Positions 1-9,818 of a stretch of 64,000 nucleotides of DNA are shown in pieces. The stretch is from positions 8,201 to 72,200 of the forward strand of contig JAQICC010000172.1 of NCBI GenBank assembly GCA_027858735.1, in the 5' to 3' direction. A program made the translations under genes and the position numbers. The number at the start of each line of letters is the position of its first letter. The first letter of the stretch is position 1. A model generated the notes under the pieces. The model was given only the letters and a program-made list of their open reading frames with translations. It made no database searches and had not been told where the DNA came from. This DNA comes from Salinivirgaceae bacterium. Its GTDB lineage: Bacteria > Bacteroidota > Bacteroidia > Bacteroidales > SZUA-534.

Positions 1-1
1 T

Positions 2-61
2 GTCTATTATCTTAGCTTCAATAAATCAAGCGGCGTTACTGTTCGTTGCCTAAGGGATTAG
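2..61 (+). CDS. 3' end of a secreted protein (partial, start outside window) with a FISUMP-like C-terminal tail
   Basis: Frame 2 reads VYYLSFNKSSGVTVRCLRD, then TAG at 59-61. A ...VRC(L/V)(R/K)D ending is the usual C-terminus of Fibrobacter-succinogenes-major-paralogous-type domains. Only 19 codons are visible. Confidence 0.3.
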   Translation, partial: VYYLSFNKSSGVTVRCLRD

Positions 62-242
62 GCCTCTAGAATTGGGCAAGTTCAACATCAATGGCAATGG
101 TATTAAGAGTATGGTTTTGTGAAAAAATAGCAATTCAATTGATAACCATACCAAACTAAGCCTGCGGATAGTTTATAACACTCGCAATGTTTATGTGCAA
201 ATTTATTAAACATTTCATTTTGCTTAAAGCAAAGCCCCTAAT

Positions 243-1562
243 TTATATCATTATCACACTTTTCAAATGATTGATCGCATACAACGGCAAATCTACAATA
301 ATGTCATTATCACCAAACCAGGCCTGTGAAATTTTATAAGCTTTTGTAGGTTTAAATTGTTCCATGTATAGAAACATACTTTTCATTTTACCCTTTGCCC
401 CCGACTTAACTTCTACTGGAATTATTTTTTCATTCTGGACTATTAAATAATCTAATTCCGCACTACTGCCCCTTGCGTCGCGAGCCCAATAATACAAAAC
501 AGTTCTTTTTTTAGAATTTTCATAAGCTATCAGTTCTTGTCCAACAAGCTGTTCTGCTATAGCTCCTTTATAAACAGAAGTAAAATCTTCTTCCTTAATT
601 GTTTCCGATAGGATACCACTAATGGCATGCACCAAACCAATATCTAAAAACAATAGTTTAAAGAAATTATCTTTCACATTTGCTTCAAGTGGTAACCCCG
701 AACCATCAGAAAGCTTGATCCTATGAATAATCCCTGCTTGTTCTAACAATTCAACTGCCTCCTTCAGTTCCCTCGATTTTACAAGGCTATCAACTTTTGA
801 GTAAATATATTTGCCACCTATCATTTTAGGAATAGAATAAAAAACCTTGCGCAAGTGTGATATTTTTGCCTGTGTAGCATATTTTGAAAAATCATCAACA
901 AATGTTTCAATAATAGAATGTTGCATCTGCTGACATTTTAAAACGTCATGAGTTAAAACATACTCTTTTACCACCTCTGGCATACCTCCAATTATAGAAT
1001 ATCGTCTTAATAAATAAAGAAGCCTTTGGTGCAAATGGTCTGTAATTTTTTTCAAATTGGAATATTCTGACAAGTATTCCCTCAAAACCTCCTCTCCAAC
1101 AGCATCCAAAAACTCTCCAAATGACATTGGATTCATATATAAATATTGTATTCGTCCAACCGGCATCCTATAATCTGGAGAATTCAAAGCAAACTCTAAC
1201 AACGAACCAGCAGCCACAATATGCAAATCATGCATCTCTTCATAAAAATATCTCAAACTCAATATAGCCTTAGGGCAATCCTGGATTTCATCTAAGAACA
1301 CCAAAGTCTTACCTGGAACTACTTTTTTACTTGTATATAAAGTAATTTTCTCAATTATAATTCGAGGGTCAAATCCTTCAAATATCTCCTTATATTCCGG
1401 ATTTCGTTCAAAATTTAATAATACATAGGATTCAAATTCCTGTTTGCCAAATTCTTCAATAATATAACTTTTACCAATTTGCCTTGCCCCTCTAACCAAC
1501 AAAGGTTTTCTAGTATTGCCTAACTTCCAATTTATTAACTCTTTATAAATATCCCTTTTCAT
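243..1562 (-). CDS. AAA+ ATPase with DUF4143-type C-terminal domain
   Basis: ORF 243..1613. Walker A GARQIGKS, Walker B LVFLDEIQ, C-terminal ELDYLI...IPVEVKSG module. ATG at 1562 (MKRDIYKELINW) fits the family N-terminus better than the tracked TTG at 1613. Confidence 0.8.
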   Translation of the reverse strand: MKRDIYKELINWKLGNTRKPLLVRGARQIGKSYIIEEFGKQEFESYVLLNFERNPEYKEIFEGFDPRIIIEKITLYTSKKVVPGKTLVFLDEIQDCPKAILSLRYFYEEMHDLHIVAAGSLLEFALNSPDYRMPVGRIQYLYMNPMSFGEFLDAVGEEVLREYLSEYSNLKKITDHLHQRLLYLLRRYSIIGGMPEVVKEYVLTHDVLKCQQMQHSIIETFVDDFSKYATQAKISHLRKVFYSIPKMIGGKYIYSKVDSLVKSRELKEAVELLEQAGIIHRIKLSDGSGLPLEANVKDNFFKLLFLDIGLVHAISGILSETIKEEDFTSVYKGAIAEQLVGQELIAYENSKKRTVLYYWARDARGSSAELDYLIVQNEKIIPVEVKSGAKGKMKSMFLYMEQFKPTKAYKISQAWFGDNDIIVDLPLYAINHLKSVIMI

Positions 1563-1596
1563 ATAATCTTTAAAAGCAATCACGAACTTACGATTA

Positions 1597-1686
1597 TTTT
1601 GGCTAAATATCAAGGTTGTTTTGCTTTATTATTGGCTAAATATCAAGGTTGTTTGTAATAGTTTTTGGATAAAAATCAAGGTAATT
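1597..1686. repeat. Three direct repeats of about 24 bp (TTGGnTAAAnATCAAGGT core) spaced about 33 bp, upstream of the AAA ATPase
   Basis: ttttggctaaatatcaaggttgtt (1597-1620), attggctaaatatcaaggttgttt (1631-1654), tttggataaaaatcaaggtaattg (1663-1686). Confidence 0.7.
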
Positions 1687-1707
1687 GTTCTTTTGCACGC
1701 AAAAAAG

Positions 1708-2625
1708 TTAGCCTTCCACTTTTAAAACCCGGGCAGCATGCTTTAAAACTTTTAAACTAATAGGTACATTTCCAACCACTTCTCCATCCATTTCAATAGG
1801 ACAATCTATAACGGAACTTTTAATGGTACATTCACTTACTTCGTGATAAAATAGTTCACTAAAGTTTATCCTTTTACACCTTTTTAATTGAGGCATAAAA
1901 AACAAGAACTGAAGTATATTTACATTTCGGGCTATAACCATATTTGCTTTACCATCGTCTAATTTAGCTTCGGGTGAAATACCTAAGCCACTCCCAAAAT
2001 ACTTGCCATTATTTACGGCTATTAATAAAACACTTCCTGTAAAATTAATATCGGCTGCAGTTACCTCTACCGGGATACGCTTAAACAATAAAAACGAACG
2101 TAGAATATTATAAAAATAGGTAAAGTTACTCCCCCATGTTTTGCCACTACTATTCATAAACTTACAAACTAATCCACCCAAACCAATATCAAATGAATTA
2201 TCGTAATACCGCACCATAGCTTGTCCATTTTCGATAAAGCTAGCTTGAACAATATCGAGTGGTTTAACTTGGTTACGCTTTATGGTTTGGTACAAATGCT
2301 CCATGCTTTCAATTTTACCGGCCGATCGGGAAAAATCGTTACCGGAACCTCGTGGATATGCAATTAACACTACTTTGGCGCGCTGTTCAGGCAAGGCCAT
2401 CATGTAACCATTAACCACCTCGCTAAATGTACCATCACCCCCTACTCCAACAATATAGTCTAATCCATTGGCAAGCAATTCATTCACAATTTCAATCGCA
2501 TGACCGCCCCTGCGCGTAAACTTCAGAAAAACCTCGAACTCATTCTGAAAATATTTGGTAATATTTGCCCTGAAAGTATCGGGCTTGCTCAAATTTCCTC
2601 TAACTATAAAAGCAATTTTTTTCAA
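1708..2625 (-). CDS. Diacylglycerol kinase family lipid kinase (YegS-like)
   Basis: 305 aa with the GVGGDGTFSEV catalytic-domain motif and typical N-terminal MKKIAFIV strand. Confidence 0.8.
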   Translation of the reverse strand: MKKIAFIVRGNLSKPDTFRANITKYFQNEFEVFLKFTRRGGHAIEIVNELLANGLDYIVGVGGDGTFSEVVNGYMMALPEQRAKVVLIAYPRGSGNDFSRSAGKIESMEHLYQTIKRNQVKPLDIVQASFIENGQAMVRYYDNSFDIGLGGLVCKFMNSSGKTWGSNFTYFYNILRSFLLFKRIPVEVTAADINFTGSVLLIAVNNGKYFGSGLGISPEAKLDDGKANMVIARNVNILQFLFFMPQLKRCKRINFSELFYHEVSECTIKSSVIDCPIEMDGEVVGNVPISLKVLKHAARVLKVEG

Positions 2626-2762
2626 CTTGCTGAGTCTTTATACTTGATGATACAATTATCTGGCTTTGAGAATTTCAACTTCATTAGAACAAAAATAGAA
2701 AAAAAATATGTCTTACAATTTCGTTTAATTTCCAAAATAAATATGAATACTATTGTAAAACA

Positions 2763-2780
2763 TACCCTAAAAACCCTACA
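2763..2780 (-). promoter_or_regulatory. TAGGGT direct-repeat pair (TGTAGGGTTTTTAGGGTA on minus strand) in the dagK/acs divergent intergenic region
   Basis: Plus strand taccctaaaaaccctaca. Same hexamer as the GH16 upstream repeats but spaced 9 bp. Confidence 0.3.
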
Positions 2781-2843
2781 ACATAATACATTTACCAAAA
2801 AATTAATTATTGCTTTCTAAATTTACAGCAAAACGAAATTGAA

Positions 2844-4901
2844 ATGATACACAATAGTTTGATAGACCCTGGAAGTATTGCAATTATTGGGGGATCCGAT
2901 GATATTACCAAACCTGGAGGAAAATTATTAAAAAACTTAATTGATGGCAATTTCAGCGGAAAACTTTTTGTTGTAAATCCAAAATTAGATAGCGTTCAGG
3001 GGATTCCTTCATACCGCAGTGTTGAACGACTTCCACAAACCGATCTTGCTATAATTGCCATTGCCGCAAAATATTGTCCCGAAACCGTTAACCATTTAGC
3101 TGACAGAAAAGAAACGAGAGGATTTATTATTCTTTCGGCAGGTTTTAGCGAAGAAAGTGATGAAGGAGCACAGCTTGAAAAACAAATAGTTGATAAAATT
3201 TCGGAAGTTGGTGGTTCTTTGATTGGGCCAAATTGTATTGGCGTTTTAAATACAAATTACAGAGGAGTTTTCACCAGTCCTATCCCTAAACTTAAAAATA
3301 GCGGCTGCGATTTTATTTCGGGCTCAGGGGCAACAGCTGTTTTTATTATGGAGGCCGGAATACCAAATGGGTTAACCTTTTCAAGTGTTTACAGTGTTGG
3401 TAACAGTGCTCAACTTGGGGTTGAAGATGTGCTTAAACACCTTGATGAAACCTTTGACTCCGAACAGAGCTCTCGTGTTAAGCTGCTGTATTTAGAGAGC
3501 ATAAGTAAACCTGATATGCTTTTGAAACATGCGGCATCGTTAATTCGAAAAGGCTGCAAAATTGCGGCCATTAAAGCTGGCGGATCAGAAGCAGGAAGTC
3601 GTGCTGCATCATCGCATACCGGGGCCTTAGCAAACAACGATTTGGTTGTTGATGCTCTTTTCGAAAAAACTGGGATAGTACGTTGTCATAGTCGTGAAGA
3701 ATTAACACTGGTTGCCGGCATTTTTATGCATAAAGAATTAAAAGGTAAAAATATTGCCATTATCACCCATGCAGGTGGCCCCGCTGTAATGCTTACTGAT
3801 GCTCTTTCGAATAAGGGGCTAAACGTACCCAAAATTGAAAATCCAAAAGCAAAGAACCTTTTAGAAAAACTATACCCAGGTTCGTCGGTTGCAAACCCCA
3901 TTGATTTTTTAGCTACCGGCACAGCTGAACAACTCGAACATATTATTGATGCTTGCGAAAAGGATTTTGATGAAATTGATGCCATGTGTGTAATTTTCGG
4001 CAGCCCTGGCTTATTTAATGTTAACGATGTTTACAATGTGTTGCATGAGAAAATGAACACATGCAAAAAACCAATTTATCCCATATTGCCATCGGTTATA
4101 AACGTAAAAAAAGAAATTGACAATTTTATTGCAAAAGGGCGAATAAATTTTCCTGATGAAGTGGCCTTTGGAAATGCTTTGGCAATAATTGTTAGAACCA
4201 AGCCTCCTCAGGAACAAAATATTTTAATGCCTGAAATTAACAACAAAACCATTAGAGCAATAATTGATGAGGCAAAGAACGGCTATTTAACTCCCGAAAA
4301 AGTACAGCAGCTTTTAGATGCTGCACAAATTCCCAGAGCTAAAGAAGCCGTGGTTGAAACATTGGACCAGGGATTAAAAAAAGCAAATCAAATTGGGTAT
4401 CCTTTGGTAATGAAAGTTGTTGGCCCTGTTCATAAAACCGATGTTGGAGGAGTAACACTCAATGTAAAAAACAACAAAGAATTTATTGCTGAATTCAATA
4501 GAATGATTCAAATAAAAGACACGACATCCATACTCATACAGCCAATGTTATCGGGGCTTGAACTATTTATAGGAATAAAAAGAGAAGAGCCTTTTGGGCA
4601 TATGGTTTTTTGTGGGTTGGGGGGTATTTTTATAGAAGTACTTAAAGATGTTAAAAGTGCACTTGCTCCAATTAGTTCTGCTGAGGCTAATGAAATGATT
4701 AGCAATTTAAGATCATACGAATTAATAAAAGGAGTTCGTGGACAAGAACCGGTAAACCAAAGACTTTTTGCTGAAATTATATCCAAGGTTTCAAGCTTAT
4801 GCTTAGCTGCCCCGGAGATATTCGAAATGGATTTAAATCCACTATTAGGAAGGTCTGATAATGTAATCGCTGTTGACGCTAGAATAAGAATTGATAAATA
4901 A
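2844..4901 (+). CDS. ADP-forming acetate/acyl-CoA ligase family protein (CoA-binding + ATP-grasp)
   Basis: 685 aa. N-terminal CoA-binding IAIIGGSDDITKPGG, succinyl-CoA-ligase-like middle region, C-terminal ATP-grasp GYPLVMKVVGPVHKTDVGGV. Confidence 0.85.
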   Translation: MIHNSLIDPGSIAIIGGSDDITKPGGKLLKNLIDGNFSGKLFVVNPKLDSVQGIPSYRSVERLPQTDLAIIAIAAKYCPETVNHLADRKETRGFIILSAGFSEESDEGAQLEKQIVDKISEVGGSLIGPNCIGVLNTNYRGVFTSPIPKLKNSGCDFISGSGATAVFIMEAGIPNGLTFSSVYSVGNSAQLGVEDVLKHLDETFDSEQSSRVKLLYLESISKPDMLLKHAASLIRKGCKIAAIKAGGSEAGSRAASSHTGALANNDLVVDALFEKTGIVRCHSREELTLVAGIFMHKELKGKNIAIITHAGGPAVMLTDALSNKGLNVPKIENPKAKNLLEKLYPGSSVANPIDFLATGTAEQLEHIIDACEKDFDEIDAMCVIFGSPGLFNVNDVYNVLHEKMNTCKKPIYPILPSVINVKKEIDNFIAKGRINFPDEVAFGNALAIIVRTKPPQEQNILMPEINNKTIRAIIDEAKNGYLTPEKVQQLLDAAQIPRAKEAVVETLDQGLKKANQIGYPLVMKVVGPVHKTDVGGVTLNVKNNKEFIAEFNRMIQIKDTTSILIQPMLSGLELFIGIKREEPFGHMVFCGLGGIFIEVLKDVKSALAPISSAEANEMISNLRSYELIKGVRGQEPVNQRLFAEIISKVSSLCLAAPEIFEMDLNPLLGRSDNVIAVDARIRIDK

Positions 4902-5111
4902 TGTTAATCAAGAATTGAAACTAGATTAGTTTAGTTCATATTTTTTATGATGTATTGTTTCTTGATACTAGTTGCTGGTTTGCAGTCGTTTAAAAAGATT
5001 CTTAATGCAATAACAATAAACTTTCAACAATAAAAAATTTAAATTCTTGCGAACTTGTCTTAGCTGAAAATCAAAGAATATTTTTAACCCTCGCATAAAT
5101 AATAATACAAT

Positions 5112-5276
5112 ATGAAGAATTTGAAACAGTTGTCAACCAATGAAAAAATTATGATTGGTTTTATGATTATATTACTTCTTATAATCATTTCGCAATGGCA
5201 AAAAACATGGGACGGAATTAAAAAAGGCATGACTCCTTACCAGAACGAACAACCCGTAAAACAAATACGTGAATGA
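5112..5276 (+). CDS. Small hypothetical membrane protein (54 aa, not in ORF track)
   Basis: ATG 5112. MKNLKQLSTNEKIMIGFMIILLLIIISQWQKTWDGIKKGMTPYQNEQPVKQIRE, TGA at 5274-5276. One hydrophobic helix. No recognisable family. Confidence 0.35.
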   Translation: MKNLKQLSTNEKIMIGFMIILLLIIISQWQKTWDGIKKGMTPYQNEQPVKQIRE

Positions 5277-5292
5277 ACAATCCCCGAATAAT

Positions 5293-5445
5293 TAGTGCGT
5301 GCAAGAGAACTCGGTCTCTGATAAGAAATCTCCAAGAATGAGGCTTTCGCAGCATTGAAAATCAGGAGTCCCGAAATCTCGGGATGACTGGTTGAAATGC
5401 AAGAGTAACGAAATTATTGGAGTTTTCTTGCTGAGACTAATTAGG
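5293..5445 (+). ncRNA. Copy 1 of a repeated structured element (candidate ncRNA or MITE), unknown family
   Basis: About 80 percent identical to the reverse complement of 51508-51672. Long closing stem GTCTC..AAGAAA.CTCCAA / TTGGAG.TTTCTT..GAGAC. Internal hairpin cccgaaatctcggg is replaced by a different hairpin in copy 2. Starts 17 nt after the stop of the small ORF. Confidence 0.5.
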
Positions 5446-5538
5446 AAAGGTATAATAAACAACTTCCTATAAATCAAAAAAAAACAGTCCCTTAATAATT
5501 AAGTCCCGAATTTTTTGGGTTCATATAGTTTTGAATAA

Positions 5539-6231
5539 ATGAAAAAAGCAGATTTAGTTGTTTTAGTAACCATTGCATTAATAGTATTTGCCTTTATTAA
5601 CTTTTCGGCAATTCTAAATAGCTACCTTACTATTAATAAGAACCATGGTATGATTACCAGTTTCATTAAGTTTGGCCTACTTGCGACTTTTGGTGAAATG
5701 TTGGGCTTGCGGATAAAAACAGGTTATTATGTTCAGAAAGGATTTGGAATTATTCCTAAAATTATTGTTTGGGGTTTTATAGGTTTAACCATAAAAATGG
5801 CCTTTGTTATATTTGCAACTGGAACACCCCAATTTCTATGCTATTTAGGTATAAAGGATGCCGCTACTACATTTAATAGTGACTTTACACTAGCAAAACT
5901 TGGTGTATCGTTTGCCATTAGCTGTGCTATGAATATTATTTATGCCCCAGTAATGATGACTTTTCATAAAATTACAGACCTACACATAGCTTCAAATAAT
6001 GGAAAGCTTCGCAGTATTATAAAACCCATCGCTTTTTCTGAAATTTTTTCTAAGATAGACTGGAATATTCAGTGGCATTTTGTATTCAAAAAAACAATCC
6101 CACTATTCTGGATACCAGCACATACCGTTACATTTTTGTTGCCTTCAGAATTTCAAGTTTTATTTGCTGCAATATTAAGCATTGTGCTAGGTCTCATTTT
6201 AGCTTTAGCCACTTTGAAAAGTCAAAATTAA
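5539..6231 (+). CDS. Integral membrane protein, unknown function (weak Mpv17/PMP22-like C-terminus)
   Basis: 230 aa, about 6 hydrophobic segments. C-terminal FWIPAHTVTFLLPSEFQVLF resembles the Mpv17/PMP22 signature region. Weak call. Confidence 0.5.
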   Translation: MKKADLVVLVTIALIVFAFINFSAILNSYLTINKNHGMITSFIKFGLLATFGEMLGLRIKTGYYVQKGFGIIPKIIVWGFIGLTIKMAFVIFATGTPQFLCYLGIKDAATTFNSDFTLAKLGVSFAISCAMNIIYAPVMMTFHKITDLHIASNNGKLRSIIKPIAFSEIFSKIDWNIQWHFVFKKTIPLFWIPAHTVTFLLPSEFQVLFAAILSIVLGLILALATLKSQN

Positions 6232-6273
6232 TTCTATCTTTGTGATTACAATAACCTAAAAAAAACACCCGCG

Positions 6274-6795
6274 ATGAAAAATAAAATTGCAATTTTATTT
6301 GGTCCTGAAGGTGGCAATACCGAAAGGGTTACTCAACTAGTTGCTAATAAAATCGGAAATGACAAATGCACTGTTATTCCTGTAAATAAGGTAACTCCCG
6401 AAACAATTTCAGAGTTCAACAGTTTTATAATAGGTGGATCAACCATTGGAACCCACAATTGGTCGATAGCAAATAGCAGCCATGATTGGGATGTTTTTTT
6501 ACCTGAATTCAGAAAAATGGATTTTAGGGGTAAAAAGGTTGCCCTATTTGGTTTAGGTGATCATTTGGCCTATCCGAATAACTTTGTTGATGGCATGCGC
6601 ACTATTTATAACGTATTAGTTGAGAATAATGCTACAATTGTTGGACAATGCAAAACTGATGATTATGAGTTTAATGAATCGGAAGCTGTTGTAGATGGCA
6701 AATTTGTGGGTTTACCAATTGACGAAGATTTTGAAGATGACCTTACAGAAAATCGTATTGATAAATGGCTGAACACATTTATTAATAAACTATAA
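6274..6795 (+). CDS. fldA: Flavodoxin (long-chain type)
   Basis: 173 aa. N-terminal [15 protein letters not shown] phosphate-binding loop region and VALFGLGD motif. Confidence 0.8.
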   Translation: MKNKIAILFGPEGGNTERVTQLVANKIGNDKCTVIPVNKVTPETISEFNSFIIGGSTIGTHNWSIANSSHDWDVFLPEFRKMDFRGKKVALFGLGDHLAYPNNFVDGMRTIYNVLVENNATIVGQCKTDDYEFNESEAVVDGKFVGLPIDEDFEDDLTENRIDKWLNTFINKL

Positions 6796-6827
6796 CACGA
6801 ACTAAACCCGGAAGAAGAATTATATAT

Positions 6828-7691
6828 ATGAGACAACTAAAAATTACCAAACAGGTTACAAATCGCGATACTCAGTCGCTAGACAAGTACCTTCATGAAA
6901 TTGGTAAAGAAGATTTACTTACTGCTGATGAAGAGGTTGATTTAGCCAGGCTTATTAAGAAAGGCGATGCTGCTGCTTTAGATAAATTAATTAGAGCAAA
7001 TCTTAGGTTTGTGGTTTCTGTATCGAAACAATACCAAAACCAAGGACTTAGCCTGCCCGATTTAATAAATGAAGGTAACCTTGGTTTAATAAAAGCGGCT
7101 CAGCGTTTTGATGAAACGAGAGGCTTTAAATTTATTTCGTATGCTGTTTGGTGGATTCGTCAATCGATATTACAAGCCCTTGCTGAACAGGCGAGAATAG
7201 TGCGTTTGCCACTAAACAAAATTGGAAGCATAAATAAAATAAACAAAACACTATCGCGCCTTGAACAAGAATTTGAGCGCGAGCCTTCAGCTGAAGAAAT
7301 TGCAAAAACATTGGATATGCACCCCGATGATGTCAAAAAAGCCATGTTAACCAGCAACCGACATGTATCAATGGATGCACCCTTACAACAAGGTGAAGAA
7401 GGCAGTATGTATGAGGTAATGGCAAATAAAGATTTACCTCTACCCGATAAAACCCTAATTACAGATTCGCTGCGTAAAGAGATTGAACGAACGCTAACTA
7501 CTTTATCGCAACGCGAAGCTGATATTTTAAGGTTATACTTTGGATTGAATGGTACTGCTCCTCATACTTTAGAAGAAATTGGTGAAAAATTTGACTTAAC
7601 CCGCGAAAGGGTTCGTCAGATAAAAGAAAAGGCTATTCGAAAGCTTAAACAAACATCGCGTTGTAGAAATTTAAAAACTTACTTAGGATAA
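6828..7691 (+). CDS. rpoD: Primary RNA polymerase sigma factor (Bacteroidota sigma-A type)
   Basis: 287 aa. Region 2 [10 protein letters not shown], region 4.2 [27 protein letters not shown]. The size is typical of the Bacteroidota primary sigma. Confidence 0.9.
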   Translation: MRQLKITKQVTNRDTQSLDKYLHEIGKEDLLTADEEVDLARLIKKGDAAALDKLIRANLRFVVSVSKQYQNQGLSLPDLINEGNLGLIKAAQRFDETRGFKFISYAVWWIRQSILQALAEQARIVRLPLNKIGSINKINKTLSRLEQEFEREPSAEEIAKTLDMHPDDVKKAMLTSNRHVSMDAPLQQGEEGSMYEVMANKDLPLPDKTLITDSLRKEIERTLTTLSQREADILRLYFGLNGTAPHTLEEIGEKFDLTRERVRQIKEKAIRKLKQTSRCRNLKTYLG

Positions 7692-7698
7692 AATACAA

Positions 7699-7727
7699 AC
7701 CCGATCAAAAATGATCGGGTTTTTTTA
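7699..7727 (+). terminator. Rho-independent terminator after rpoD
   Basis: acccgatca-aaaa-tgatcgggt hairpin followed by a T7 run. Confidence 0.8.
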
Positions 7728-7778
7728 TTCTCAACAAAAAGGTATTTCCTATCTTTGCCACTCTAAAAAAATATGTAT

Positions 7779-8432
7779 ATGAAAACCCCTATTATAGCCC
7801 CTTCAATTTTAGCCGCCGATTTCACCAATTTGGGACACGATATTGAAATGTTAAATAATAGTCAAGCCGATTGGATTCATGTGGATGTGATGGATGGTAT
7901 GTTTGTACCTAACATTTCATTTGGTATGCCGGTAATAAAAGCCGTAAATGGTATTGCAAAAAAACCTTTAGATGTACATTTAATGATTGAGAATCCAGAT
8001 CGTTATTTAGAGCAATTCAAGAAAGTAGGTGCTGAAATACTTACCGTACATTATGAAGCATGTCCGCATCTTCATAGAACCTTACAAGCTATAAAAGACT
8101 TAGGAATGAAAGCCGGGGTTTCTTTGAATCCGCACACCCCTATTAATGTATTGAACGATATTATTCATGACATTGATGTAGTACTCATAATGACGGTGAA
8201 TCCGGGCTTTGGCGGCCAGGTATTTATTGAGCATTCGTACAAAAAGATTGCCAAACTTAAGGAGTTAATTACCAAAACCAACTCAAAAACTCTCATTGAG
8301 GTTGATGGGGGTGTAACCACCGATAATTCCAAGAAACTTGTTGAAGCAGGTGTTGATATTTTAGTTGCAGGCAGTTCCGTTTTTGCTTCTGATAATCCAA
8401 GCAAAACAATTGAATTATTAAAATCAGTTTAA
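7779..8432 (+). CDS. rpe: Ribulose-phosphate 3-epimerase
   Basis: Motifs PSILAADF, MDGMFVPNISFG, MTVNPGFGGQ, VDGGV. The second ATG (7779) gives the canonical N-terminus. Confidence 0.9.
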   Translation: MKTPIIAPSILAADFTNLGHDIEMLNNSQADWIHVDVMDGMFVPNISFGMPVIKAVNGIAKKPLDVHLMIENPDRYLEQFKKVGAEILTVHYEACPHLHRTLQAIKDLGMKAGVSLNPHTPINVLNDIIHDIDVVLIMTVNPGFGGQVFIEHSYKKIAKLKELITKTNSKTLIEVDGGVTTDNSKKLVEAGVDILVAGSSVFASDNPSKTIELLKSV

Positions 8433-9116
8433 CCGTTTTATTGCAAATTTGAAGGCCAGATAATTCAAACCAATCAATACAATAGTTCCAATTCCAAAAT
8501 AGACATAATTACCCGTATCCATAAATTGGTATGCCCAAAAGGCAGGGAAAAATGCAAGTAAATTTTCCCAAAATGAATCAACAAACATTGCTAATGCAGG
8601 TATAAACAATACTATATTCGCTGCTTTTAAATAGGTTAGTCCCTCAATTTTATTTTTTGCAAGAGTTGAGATTATCAAAATAAGGATGGGTGCATTTAGA
8701 GCACACAAAAACGATAAGGCCAATGCTTTAGGTATGGCTACTGAAATAACTCCATTAAACAGGATTATTAGCAAACTACTTATAAAACCATATACGACAA
8801 GAACCCCGATACGAACATACATAAACCCAGAAAGTGAAACAGGAGTAACTTTTATTACCGGTAATAATTGTAAATCCTTCTCATCGAGAATGATAAATGA
8901 TAATATAAAACCTGGGAAAATGGCATTTAGTACTGCTAAAAAAGCCAGAATATGCATATAATACTCTTGCACAAGTGGTAAAATTTCTGCTAAAGCAGGT
9001 ATTCCCCATCTTATTACAGCCAACATAAGTAAAGGTATCCAAAGCATTATTAACAATGTTGGGTCGCGCCGTGTATTTTTTACATCGGCTTTAAAAATGG
9101 CTATGTAATTATTCAT
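8424..9116 (-). CDS. ABC-2 type exporter permease subunit
   Basis: 230 aa, 6 hydrophobic helices. Overlaps the upstream permease gene and sits in an operon with an ABC ATPase. Confidence 0.6.
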   Translation of the reverse strand: MNNYIAIFKADVKNTRRDPTLLIMLWIPLLMLAVIRWGIPALAEILPLVQEYYMHILAFLAVLNAIFPGFILSFIILDEKDLQLLPVIKVTPVSLSGFMYVRIGVLVVYGFISSLLIILFNGVISVAIPKALALSFLCALNAPILILIISTLAKNKIEGLTYLKAANIVLFIPALAMFVDSFWENLLAFFPAFWAYQFMDTGNYVYFGIGTIVLIGLNYLAFKFAIKRLN

Positions 9117-9813
9117 AAGTATCGGTTTTTATAATTCGCTTTTTATATGATTTTACTGCCCATTTATAAGCATAAAAGTTCCAGATAATCAAATATATCA
9201 AGGCGTAAATTATTTGCCAGATTTCTGTTATGCTTACTGAAGCTGAAAACAGGATTAAACAAGCCTGAGTTGGAATTAAATAAAACATCCAAGAGTTCAC
9301 TAAATCGAAATAGTGCAATAATGGTAAACAAGCCGGACCCAGCACAAGAGGCATTATTAAAATAAACTGATTAAAATTTTGCACAAACGACACTCCAACA
9401 ATCCCTACAAAAACAAAAAGCGAAGCCGACAACACTATAGCCAGTATTAATAGCAATGGTTGAAAATAAGCAGGTTGGGCTGAAACTATGATTGCCAAAC
9501 CACTAACCAATGCCAACAAAGTAAAAACAATAGCTTTTGAAAGTATATAATAATTTACAGGCAATGGTGTTACCGCAATAACCTCATGTGTGTGGGCATC
9601 TTTCTCAAACAATACCATTACCGAGGTAAATAAAAAACCATACATTACCGGATCAGTAAAAATCAGTACTGACACCACTTTTTCTAAACCTGTGGTGTCG
9701 ATAAAAATAAATGACATACAATAAAGCGCAGTTATAATGGCTGCTATGGTAACAATTCCATACTTAAAAATTAGGTAGGCATCCCATTTTACATTTTCTA
9801 TTAATAGCTTCAT
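9109..9813 (-). CDS. ABC-2 type exporter permease subunit
   Basis: 234 aa polytopic membrane protein, directly downstream of the ABC ATPase. Confidence 0.6.
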   Translation of the reverse strand: MKLLIENVKWDAYLIFKYGIVTIAAIITALYCMSFIFIDTTGLEKVVSVLIFTDPVMYGFLFTSVMVLFEKDAHTHEVIAVTPLPVNYYILSKAIVFTLLALVSGLAIIVSAQPAYFQPLLLILAIVLSASLFVFVGIVGVSFVQNFNQFILIMPLVLGPACLPLLHYFDLVNSWMFYLIPTQACLILFSASVSITEIWQIIYALIYLIIWNFYAYKWAVKSYKKRIIKTDTYE

Positions 9814-9818
9814 AATGA

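Noticed and set aside
2500-2820. 106-aa ORF spanning the dagK start and the divergent intergenic region
   Set aside because: It overlaps the 5' end of the lipid kinase gene in antisense and continues through AT-rich promoter DNA. It has no family resemblance.
5293-5445. Idea that the element is a group II intron fragment because it begins GTGCG
   Set aside because: At about 160 nt it is far too short. I see no domain V/VI-like sequence or reverse transcriptase nearby. The GTGCG match alone is not diagnostic.
5292-5477. 61-aa ORF, and its counterpart 51620..51844, both containing SETEFSCTH
   Set aside because: The shared peptide arises only because both ORFs read through the repeated structured element. 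The similarity ends at the repeat borders and the two ORFs have unrelated remainders.
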